DNA of 64,000 nt, taken from contig CM052851.1 in NCBI GenBank assembly GCA_028534125.1, positions 40,672,001 through 40,736,000 on the forward strand, written 5' to 3'. Below the pieces are notes generated by a model. The model was not told the origin of the DNA and ran no database searches. It was given only the letters and a program-made list of their open reading frames with translations. This stretch comes from Lama glama. Lineage: Eukaryota. The first letter of the stretch is position 1, and every line of letters starts with the position of its first letter. Shown here one piece after another: positions 36,575 to 47,330 of the stretch. The position numbers were made by a program, and so were the translations under genes.

Positions 36575-37060
36575 CCTTGCCAGGCCTAGCACCTGTCTTA
36601 TGAATTCCACTGCATATAACATGTGGGAAGATTTTACTCCTTATGGATTTCCCAAGTGATAACAACCACCCTGAAGAAAAAAGATTTATTGGATCAACTA
36701 CAAGAAAAATGATAATATCAAAGCAATACTTACATGTAATGGTAGAAGAGACTGCCTATACTCCATAAGTGTCTTTGATGATGAAAGAGTTGAAAGCTCT
36801 GTTCTTCCCTTTGGGGGCCTTGGGTGCCAACTGCCTGGTAACACAAGTATTCACCAGTCTGACCTATCAAACCAAACAGCATAAAGCCAGTACTCCTGGT
36901 GAATGACTCTGCATGGATTTGCTTCTAATTCAAGGTTTTCCTGATAGGTCCAAGATAATAATTTTAAAAGAATGCTGCCTCAGAGGGGCCTACATTGCTC
37001 AAAACCACACACAGCATCTGAGGTGGCTCATAGGCCACTGGCTGCTCCTAAGCCATGAAG
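36575..37060 (+). pseudogene. Highly degenerate PTP4A (PRL phosphatase)-like processed pseudogene, tentative
   Basis: Collinear intronless matches to the recalled PTP4A1 CDS; LLLIQG-x15-RGAY mirrors LALIEG-x15-RGAF; many frameshifts. Confidence 0.45.
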
Positions 37061-38329
37061 AGCATCAGAAGAGGGGTGAGATACAGCAGAGAAAGGATGG
37101 ATAAAGGACACCAGTTGACTCCCCACTGATTAGGAGGCTTTGCAGACCTAGGATCAGAGATTCAGGAAGACTGTGTGTAGGTCAAACTGTACTGAGTGTG
37201 AACTGTAAATTTTCCTTTTTGCATCTTAGCTAATTAGACTCCTCTTCCCCACCCTCACCATCCTATCTGTGAGCTTCTGGTTACTTGGTGAGACTTCCCT
37301 GGATACTGCAGCCATCCTGCTCAGTGGGACTGGCAAGACAAGTATTCTGGTGGGCTGTTTGTAAATGGGTGATATTTCTGGATTTTTTTTCTTCATTTGC
37401 TCAAGCAGAAATCTGGAAGTCATCCATTCCTTCATACTACCATAGCCAATCAATCACTAATTTTTGTGAATTCAATCCCCTGATTATATCTAAAACCTAT
37501 GCAGTTTCCTCCATCTCTGCTCCCACCACTATGATCATCTCCCACCTAGACTACATCAATTGCTTTCTAACTGGTCCCCACACTGCCTAGTTTTGCTCTT
37601 CTCCTATCTATTCTCCATTGAGCAGCCAGAAGTGATCATATAAAAGGCAAGGGTGAACATGCCTTTCCCCTGCCTCAAACCCTTTGATGATTTTCCATTG
37701 CCCTTAAAAAAGTCCAAAACACTAAGCTCAACATACAAAGCCCTCCTCGATTTGGTACCTGTCCACCTTTCCACCTCACCTGATGCCATTCTTCTCCACT
37801 GTCGCATCCATACTGGCCTCCTTGTACTGCTCCTTTGACTTGGAGTCATTTTTCTCTTCTCCTGGATCACCTCTATCTCCTTCACCCTTTCCCCTCATAC
37901 AAGTGCCACTTCCTTATGAGAAAGCCTTCCCAAACTTCCCGAGGCCAAATTTAGTCCACTCACATAGCATCCTGTGATCATATCTCCTGCAAGATACTCA
38001 TCACATTTCTAATCACATGCTTAATGTCACTTTCCCTGTTAGTCAAGCTTCATGAGGGCAGGTACTAAATCTTGTTTCTTTACAAGTTCCTAGCACCAAG
38101 GACAGTGCCTCCCACACAACAATTACTTGTTGTGAGAGGATGACTGAATGAGTGAGGACACCTTTCTTCTGGGTAACTCTTACTCATCTTTCAAGGACCA
38201 AGACCACATTATATCTTCCAGGTTGGAGTTACTGTGAACTCTGATTCATCTTTGGATCCCTAGGGCCTAGCTTGGGACTTGGTACCTGGTTCTTATATCA
38301 TAGAAGTTTGTCAAATCATAATAAATTCT

Positions 38330-38460
38330 TGGCCAGGAGTTGATAATTGTTGAAGCTGTGTAATGGGTATATGAGAGTTCACTATACTGTTCTGTCTCCT
38401 TCTGTATACATATATATATATATATATATATTTGAAAATTTCTATAATAAAAAGCTAAAA
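38330..38460 (+). mobile_element. Old L1 (L1M) 3' end with (TA)n
   Basis: ttgataattgttgaagctg..gggtatatgagagttcactatact..ttgaaaatttctataataaaaag. Confidence 0.65.
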
Positions 38461-38586
38461 CATTTATATTCACTCAAGTCAAGTGAAAGTGTAGTCAACG
38501 ATGATCTTGAGGCATCTGGCCTAGGCAAGGCAGTAGTAGATGGTGATGCAACTCACTGGAATGGATGAAGTAGCGCTTCATCCAGT

Positions 38587-38589
<3 letters not shown>

Positions 38590-38627
<38 letters not shown>

Positions 38628-38642
38628 CGCGCGCGCACGTGT
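38590..38642. repeat. (TG)18 microsatellite followed by (GC)5ACGTGT
   Basis: Read directly. Confidence 0.95.
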
Positions 38643-39049
38643 TGGGGAGGGTTCTTTTTCACCCTAGTGAAACTTCTTAGAATAAAGGCCAATAAAGAGG
38701 ATGAGATAATGAATTTAGATTTGGACATTTTAGTTTTAGGTACCTTGAGGGCCTCCGGAGCCAGCTGCTCAATAGTTAGTAGGTATAATATATTAAAACC
38801 TCTGTCTTAGAGGAATGAGCCAGGAGAAGGTTTCTGGATGGTAATAGTCCCCTGCAACTGACTTGACCACTGGGAACTATCCCACTACCCAGGGTGTCTG
38901 GGTAACTTGGGGCCCCACCATTCCTTCTTTCACACTTTTCACCCACATTCTCCCCTTCTTCCTTCCCTCTTGTGAATTTCTACCAGGGAATGATTCATTG
39001 GTCACATCTGCAAGGCCCTGGGGTCACAGTTTCATGTTCAGCCGCAGGG

Positions 39050-39270
39050 GCAGGGTGTGAAGAAACATCTGAGTTCCAGTTTGATTTCACCACTTACCTG
39101 CGACTGCAGGCAAGTCGCTTTATCTTTCTGAATCTCAGCATCTTCCTCTGAAAACTGAGGCTAATCACGGTGGCGACTTCACAGGGCCGACGCGAAGATG
39201 GATGCATGTAAAGGGTTTTAACACAGAATCTGGCACGGTGTGAGCGGTCAATAAATACAAGCTATTATTA
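39050..39270 (+). mobile_element. MIR SINE abutting the APBB1 CpG island
   Basis: ccacttacc..ggcaagtcgctttatctttctgaatctcag..ctgaaaactgag..ctggcacgg..gagcggtcaataaatacaagctattatt. Confidence 0.65.
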
Positions 39271-39279
39271 CCACCAACG

Positions 39280-40000
39280 CTGCGTCCTCATCGCCTCTCC
39301 ACCAGGACGTCAGGGAGTGTTGCCGCAAGAGCGGAGCAGGCTGCCTCCTCGGAGCCCCTCCCCGCGCGGCCGCGGCCCGGCACCACCCGGCTGCAACCTC
39401 GTCCGTGCGTCGCCCCGCCGGGGTGCGCGGCCAGGGCCCTGCGGGGCGCGCAGGGTGAGTCTGGGGCCTCGTGGTGGAGGGCGGTGCTAGGCTGAGCGGG
39501 GGTCGGCGAAGGCTGGGGCAGCGCTCAGGGACCCCGGGACACGGGCGCAGGGATGGCGGCCGGCGAGGGGGTGTGGGCCGCGGGGCTCACCGAGGCCCGA
39601 GGGTCCCGTAGGGAGGAGCCCTCCGCGCGGCTGCAGCAAGTGGCGCCCCCGGGGCGCTCGCGCGCCCGGGCTCGCGCCCGGCCCAAGATGGCGCCCCTCC
39701 CCCACCCCCTGCTCCGCGCGCGCCTCCGCGGCCCCGGGCGCGGTCCCGCGGCCCGCGCGCTCCTGGGCGGGGGATGTTGTGATGGAGAAGCCACCGCGGA
39801 GCCCGAGCCCCGCAGCCTGAGCCACCTCCGCTACCTGGGCCTGGGGCCTCCCCGCACAGGTAGGAGCTGCCCCTGTCGGGGCCCAGCCCGGGCGGTCGGA
39901 TCCGGACCCCCAGCGGCGGGCAGACTCTGCAGCAGCCCTGATCCCCCGGCCAGGCCCCATCCCTCGGGCGGCCCTCTCACCGCGTATTCTGACCGCCCTT
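39280..40000 (+). promoter_or_regulatory. APBB1 CpG-island promoter
   Basis: Dense CpG and high GC, GC boxes, YY1-like CAAGATGGCG at 39684; donors at 39454|GTGAGT and 39859|GTAGG. Confidence 0.85.
39770..39859 (+). other. APBB1: APBB1 non-coding exon 1 (5' end approximate)
   Basis: Resembles the recalled human 5'UTR (GGATGTTGTGATGGAGAAGCC..CCGCAGCCTGAGCCACCTCCG); donor CAG|gtagg; exon 2 acceptor at 46599. Confidence 0.7.
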
Positions 40001-41319
40001 CTGTCACCCCACCCCAGCCCACCCCACCCCTTGTAGACTCCACTTCGGTCCTCACACCGTCCCCTCCCCGACCTTTACCACCTGCCCCTCCGGGATGAAT
40101 AGGGAACGAAAATAGGGGATGGAAGCAGGGGCCTTAGGAGGTGGGGGATGGGGGCTAGGGGATGGGGGAGGGGAGGCCAAGGACTGGGAAGGGGACGTGG
40201 GGTGAGGTAGGCAGAGAGATCACACGGATTCCTGCAGGGCCCTAGGCCTGGAATCTGTCAAGCCGCATTCTGTTGCCCTCCGCGACCGAGGGGTGTGCCC
40301 TGGGGCCGGCTGTGTCCCCAGCTCAGCCCGGAGGCCTAGCACTCGCAGGAACGCTCATTTAGAGCCGTTTTCCCACCGCCGGTTCAGAAGGTATCCCCAG
40401 CCTATTTTGAATCTGCCTGTGGGTTTCTTGCTTTCCCAGCCCCTCCAGCAAAGTCCTAGCTCTCTCCACTCCTTAAAGCCTCGTCTACACTTGCTGTCTT
40501 TTATTTCCTCATTTCCTATTCATTCTTAAAACGGCTTCATTCGATCTTCTGCCTCTGGCACCCACAAAACTGCTCAAGCCAAGGTCACCGTAGACCAACT
40601 CCAATGGGCACTTCCCTGTTAGCCCCTTTACATTTCCGTACTATCAGTGGTGTGTGTCAACCCTCCTTGAAACGTTTTCCTGGCTTCTCTCCTGCAGCAC
40701 TGTCTGCGCCTTCTCAGTCTGATTTGCGACCTCCTTCCCCACCCTTTAGATGTTGGGAGGCTCTTGATTCTTTCCTGGCTATCTTCCCTCATTCTGCACT
40801 TCCTCCTCATATTTTAATCACCCTCAAGTCTTCAGGTTTCACATATATATGGTTACCAGATTTAAATATCTCGCCCAGATCTCTTTCCTGAACTCCAGAC
40901 TCAGTATCCACCTGGTCTCATGATAGCCCCTTGGAAGTCCAGCAGGACTTCAACGCTTCCAGACCCCAAGCTGTGTGACCCTCCCTATGCTCCCTCTCTG
41001 CCATTCTTCCAAACCTGTTCCTCCTTCAGCTCTCAGAAATGGCTACTGTTTAATCAATTACCGAAGCTGGAGTCCTGGGCAGCATTCTAGATTAACTTCT
41101 CTCTCCCACCCTCCACGTCTATGTCACCAAGTTCTTTCGCACCCACTACCTAAGTATTTTTCAAATCCATTCATTTCACTCCATCCCACCGACTGCTGCC
41201 AAACATAATCTAGACCACACACCCCCTTTTTCCCTTGACTGCTCTGATAGCATACCCTCTTATCTATCCCCCATTAATACTTTAACATAGTATTTTCCTT
41301 AAAAAAAAGCACATCTATC

Positions 41320-42850
41320 TCATCATTTATTCATTCAACATATGCTTTGAGCACCTAATATATACCAGGTATTGTTAGGCACTGAAGATTTAATTATGAG
41401 CAAAAGAGACTGGGTCCTTGTCCCCATGGAGCTGACAGTCTAAGGGGGAAATCAGATAAGAATAAAATTACAAATGTAGTAGGTACTATGAAGGGAAAGA
41501 TGGATGGTGCTTTAAGAACACATAAGAGCACAAGCTAAACTGGTCTGGAGGTAGGGAGATAGGTCAAGGAAGGCTCCTCTGAGAACATGACATTTTGAAC
41601 TAAGAGGTAAAGGATGAAGAGGAGTTAGGCTGAGAGGGTAGGGGAAAGAGGTTCTAGGCAGAAGGGGAGTCATGTGCAAACACCTTGTGGAAGGAGAGAG
41701 CATGATGTCTTCGAATCAAAAGAAGGCCAGTAAGGCTGGATAGCAGAGTGCCAAAGCTGGAGAGGAGGGTACAGGCCAGACTATTTAGGCCATGTTAAGA
41801 ATTTTGATCTTAAGGTCTTTGTCCTTGGTGTGGACTGTTGACAGTAGTGGACATGGAGAGTAAATCAAATCCAGAATTGGGTGTAGGGAGTGAGAGAAAA
41901 GATAGTTTCAGGAATGGTACCTCTACTTCTGGTTTACACACCAGGATGGGTGGTCATGTCACCCCATGAGCCAGGATCCTGAAAGAGGACCAGTTAGGCT
42001 GTGGGAGAGAGAACCATGAATGAGTATATTGGTTTGAGAGGCCTTTGTGATATCCAAGTGGAGATGTTGAGTAGAAAGTTGAATGTATATGTCTGGAGCT
42101 CAAATGAGGGGTCTGAAATGGCGGTGTACTTTTGGAAATCATCAGTGTGTAGGTGGTAACTGAAGCCAGGGGCATGAGAAAGAGAAAAGGGTGTAAGAAC
42201 AAACCGTGAGAAACTCCAACATGTAATGGCTGGCGGAGGAAAATGAGGCAGCAGAGGAGAGTAAGAAACCACCAGACAGTAACTACAATGTAGGAAGAAA
42301 CCAGGAGATGTGGTGTGTGGAAGCCCATGAGAGGCCCATGGTGTCAGATGCTGCTGGGACTACAACCAAGATGAGGACTCCAAGGGTCTGTTGGATAAAT
42401 GGCACAGAGGTCACGGTGACCTCGGTAGGAGCTGTTACTGAGGTGTATTGGGAGTGGAAGCAGGAAAGAGTTGAGGAGTGAGAGCCAGGTGGGGAAATGG
42501 CAACAGTGAGTGAAGAAAACACTTTCAAGGATTTTGCATGTTAGGGGAGCAAAGAGATCGAGCAGCAAGTGGCACTGGAGGAGAGTCGGGTTGAGAAAGA
42601 GTCTATATTTAAGCTGGAGATAGTGGATCCCAGAGGAGAAATTGATTAGATAAAAGAGAAAATGGATAAACAGTGGCATTAAATTTCTGGAAGGAGGCAT
42701 GAAAGGAAGGATTTAAATGACAGGTGAAGTAGTTGGTTTTAGGAAGAAGTAGAGAAAAGGATAGATACCGAGTGAGTAAGTGTGTGTGTTTGAGAACTTT
42801 CCCGGGCTAATGGCTTCCATTCCCTCTGTGAATTAGAAGTGGGACTCGTC
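41320..42850 (-). mobile_element. L2 LINE fragment(s)
   Basis: tcattcaacatatgctttgagcacct..ccagg..ccatggagctgacagtcta..; continues with reverse L2 body. Confidence 0.7.
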
Positions 42851-45800
42851 CTCTGGGAAGGAAGGGTGGTGAAGCTTAGTGTTCCAAGGAGATTTGTGTT
42901 CTTGTCTCAGCTTGAAGGTCACATCCTCAGGCAGGTCTTCGCGGATGTCGTGGCTAAAGTAAGGCTTGGGCTCCTGTAGTGCCCTGTTCTTTCCCCATCA
43001 TAATACTCAATCATTTATTCAACAAACAGGAAGTGCTTAGAGTTACTAAAAGTGCTTAGAGTGCTAGATCCTGGCATTACACCGCATGGCAACAAGTTAT
43101 TCAATGACTATTTCCCCACTAGACTGTGAGCTCTGTGGGGAGGAGCCATTTCTTTATTATTCATCACTCTCCCCACCCCCCAGTGGGGGTGCCTGGCGTA
43201 TAGTAAGCAATCAGTTTAGAAGACCACTGACCCTGAGCAGGTCTCATCACCTGCCTCTGTGGTCTCACATCAGCCCCTTTAGGCTTAGTGGCCACTCTTT
43301 TAATTCCTCCCATGAGAGCCCCACCCAGTTCCCTGACTTAAGTCAGAATCCATGTGGCTCTTTCCATCCTTTGAGAGGCTCCAGGGTTGGGTAACCCCAG
43401 TGAGAGGGGAGAGGTTAGGTTGTGCCCCTTCTTGAAGATACTGGGCAGCTGGTCATACTTTGACCTCAAAAGGTGACCACTCTGGCTTGGGCTAGGCACT
43501 CAGGCTTCAGCACTCACTCCCGACAGAGCTTCCTTTTCCTCCCCCAGTGCTTTCTGCCTTGGTGACCAGATGGGCAGGGGTGCCCTGAAGTCACCCTGGC
43601 TTTACTCTATCCCAGCCTCACAGTGCCTGTGCCCTTCCCAGACCACACCTCCAAGTGCAAAGGAGGTTGGTCCCAGCCTGAGCGCTGAGAAACCTGGCTC
43701 CATCCACTCCTGCTTCAGAGAAGGCCCATCATCCCTATGCTGCTCTGAGCATGGCAGAGTCACGGGGACTCATGGAGATGCCATGCAAAGGAACAGCCTT
43801 TAAGCCAGGATGTCGGTTTAAGCTAACTCCTTCCCTCCCTTTTCCCTAGATCTCAGCCCTCACCTGTCTAGGGCCGCATCCTACTCCCTTCTCAGGGACC
43901 CTTTGTTCTCCAGGACCCTCCCTGACACTCCCGTTGCCATCCCCAGTCCATGGGGCCACACACACCTGTCTCAGGGTCTCTTCCCAACTAGTTCCAAGCT
44001 TCCTAGTTCCTAGTTCCTCTCACCCCTCCCTCCTGACCAAGGGCCCACTCTGTGCAGATGCCCAGTGCACTCTTTTTGGTAATGGGAGTGTGAAGTTGAA
44101 TAAGACACGGTGTCAGGTGTTCTGATAGAATGCCGTACTGGGTATCATGAGGCACAGAGGAGGGAATGGACACCTGAGGATGGAGAGAGGGGACTGAACA
44201 GGAAAGACTCACTGCTTAGAAGCTGTGACCGCTGAGCCAAGTTTTGAAACATGAGCAGAGGTTCTCACAAGGGGAGATAGAATTCCAAGCCTAGGGAGCA
44301 GTGTAAACAAAGAGCCAGGACTGTGTGTGTGTGACGTGCTCTAGAATCCCCATACTTCACGTGGCTGGAGTGTAAGGTGTGAAGGAGGCAGGACAGGGGA
44401 GGAGGTCTGAGAGGTCATAGGGATTGGCTCAGTGAGGCTCTTGGTGATCTGCTGACAAGCGCAGACGTATCCTGAAGGCAGCGGTGAGCCATCTAATTTT
44501 TTGAGCTGGAGAGTGACACAATCCGGTTTCCATTTTTGGAAGATTGCTTGGGTTCTGGATAGAGGCAGAGCCGTTTATTTTTCTCACTTATACCAGTGGC
44601 CACGAGATTTCTCATTGCCCAGGTGGAGCCGTACCAAGCAGACCAGCAGTTACACGTGAGGCAGACACAGACAGGAACCTTCTTTCGTTTCATTTCGTTT
44701 AGGCATAGCACTGTGCCAGAGTCTGAGGAGCTAGAAATGATGGAAAGGCCCGTGAAGGCTCCTGCCTCAGGACCACGTGCTGCACCCGAGAGATGGCAGA
44801 GCCTTGCCAGGCAGCCTGAACCCCTCACTGCAGCCTATGCTCAGTGCTGAGAGCTATGCTGAGGAGGCAGGGAGAACTGGGGCAGTGGCGTCAGGGAGAG
44901 GAAGGACTCGGTGGGGGGAATAGGGAGGTGGAGAACCCTCAGGTGAGAAACTGAGGGAGCTGTGCAGTGGGAGTCAGAAAGGAAGGTGTGTGTCGGGGGC
45001 AGTTGGTGAGGGAGAGTTGTGTGGTGGGGGGAAGGTCAAGTGGGAAGGGAGAACTCTAAGGGAGGGTGTCAGGGAGGGGAGGGGAGTGTGAGAGGGGCTG
45101 CCTAAGAGGGCCAGGATGAGAGGGAATGGAGGAGTGGTTGATCAGGGAGAACCAACTGTGAGATGGGGGGCCAGGAGGCCCCAGGGATGAAGTACCTTAT
45201 GGTGGGGGTCAGGGAAGGAGAGAAGCCCAGCAGAGGAAGGTCAGGGAGATGGGGACATGGAATGGCACCTTGAGGGTGGGATCATTAAGGAAATGGGATT
45301 GGAAGTCTGATAGGTGGAGAAGGTGATCCATGAAGGGCTTCTGAGGATGGAGGAGGGAGTCCAAGGGGACAGGAGCGGGGAGCTGTCACTGTGGAACAGG
45401 AGAGCCCGTCACCTGAAGGGCATGTGGTATTTGGGTGGGTACTAGGAGCAATGGTTGAGACACAATCACATGACCGAAGTGTTTCTGAAACTGATAGAGG
45501 AGTTGTTAAACAGGGCCTGGCGGAGGTAGGAGGGGAGATTCATACATTGATTCAACCAATATTTATTGAGGTCTTACTCTGTGTCAGCACTGGGCTAAGC
45601 TCTAGGCAAACTGTATTAAAAAAAAAAAAGCCAAAGTCCTCACCACCATGGAACTGAAATTATGGTCATGAGGAGACAATCGTTAAACAAACTAGATGAT
45701 AAATTAGCGTGTCAGGTGGTGCGAGGCGCTGGGGAGAGTCTGGGGATTACTGAGAGGGGGCATGGTGGCCTGCAGTTTTAAAAAGAGTATTTGGGGAAGG

Positions 45801-46612
45801 CCTCGCTGATAAGGTGACATTTGGATAAAGACCTGAAGGGCTGGAGGGTCCCAATCAAAGGCTTCTGCGGTGGCCCAGGCATCCGGCATTATAGGGGCTG
45901 GCAGAGGAACTGGTACCCGAGGTTAGATGCTGTATAGAAACAATCACCCAAATGCAGCTCCAGCTGGCCAAAGGAGCCATGAATTGGAGCTGAAGGTCCT
46001 TCTTTTGTGACCTGCCTTCCCAGGACCATGCCCTCGAGGGCTGGGTCTGTGGCTCATTCTCCCTTGTCCTACAGTCCCTAGTGCAGGGTGGGCTTGGGGG
46101 CTGATTGGTCCCTATGATGATAGGAACACAGCCTCGGGAGCTCACAGTGGTGGGGCTGTGGATAGTAGGGTAGCAGGAGGAAGGGGGCAGGCAGTGTCCA
46201 GCGTCCAGAACACATGAGCCGGTCCCACACCAGCTGTGGCCCTGGCACAGTAAGCCCCAGTCGGATGAGCTGGGGGTGGGGATGCACAGAGAGCCATTGT
46301 GTGGAGTCTCAGCCCTTGGGAGTGAGGGCAAAGCAGGGGCTGGCTGTGCTGTCCCAGGAAGCTCAGGGCTGGGGATTTGGGGATGGGGTGGGCTATGGGC
46401 CTGGGCCTGGCCAGTGGAGTGGTGGTGGAACGAATGGTGGTGGTGATGGTGGACGGAAGTCAAGCCCAGTTATTCTCCTGGGAAAATAGCTCAGAGGACA
46501 GCAGTGTGTGCTAGCCAGCTGAGTGTAGGGAGATAAGGAGATACAGGACACGGGCCTGGGGCAGAAGGCTCAACATGGTCTCCCCTCCCCACCTGCAGGA
46601 TCTGCCAAGGCC

Positions 46613-47330
46613 ATGTCTGTTCCATCATCCCTGAGCCAGTCGGCCATTAATGCCAACAGCCACGGAGGCCCCGCCCTGAGCCTGCCCCTGCCCTTGCACG
46701 CCGCCCACAACCAGCTGCTCAACGCCAAACTGCAGGCCACGGCTGTGGGACCCAAGGACCTGCGCAGCGCCATGGGGGAGGGTGGTGGGCCCGAGCCAGG
46801 CCCTGCCAACGCCAAGTGGCTAAAGGAGGGCCAGAACCAGCTCCGGCGGGCTGCCACGGCTCACCGTGACCAGAACCGCAACGTGACCTTGACCCTGGCT
46901 GAGGAGGCCGGCCAGGAGCCCGAGACAGCACCCTTGGGCCCCAAAGGTCTGATGCACCTGTACTCTGAGCTGGAGCTCTCCGCCCACAACGCGGCCAACA
47001 GAGGGCTCCGAGGACCCGGCCTGATCATCAGTGCCCATGAGCAGGGCCCCGATGACGGAGAGGAGAAGGCGGCAGGGGAGGCCGAGGAGGAGGAGGATGA
47101 TGAAGATGAGGAGGAGGAGGAGGACTTGTCTTCTCCCCCAGGGCTGCCGGAGCCCCTGGATAGTACGGAGGTGCCCCTGGGGCCCCGCACCCTTGCAGAC
47201 GGCCCCCGGGAGCCCAGCAAGAGTGCCAGCCTCCTGTTTGGCATGCGCAACAGTGCGGCCAGTGACGAGGACTCCAGCTGGGCTACCTTATCCCAGGGCA
47301 GCCCCTCCTATGGCTCCCCGGAGGACGCAG
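46613..47330 (+). CDS. APBB1: APBB1 exon 2 coding part
   Basis: [41 protein letters not shown]...acidic tract...[10 protein letters not shown]. Confidence 0.97.

Noticed and set aside
39487-40098. ORFs of 157-181 aa in the CpG island
   Set aside because: Stop-codon depletion from high GC; low-complexity R/A/P/G products
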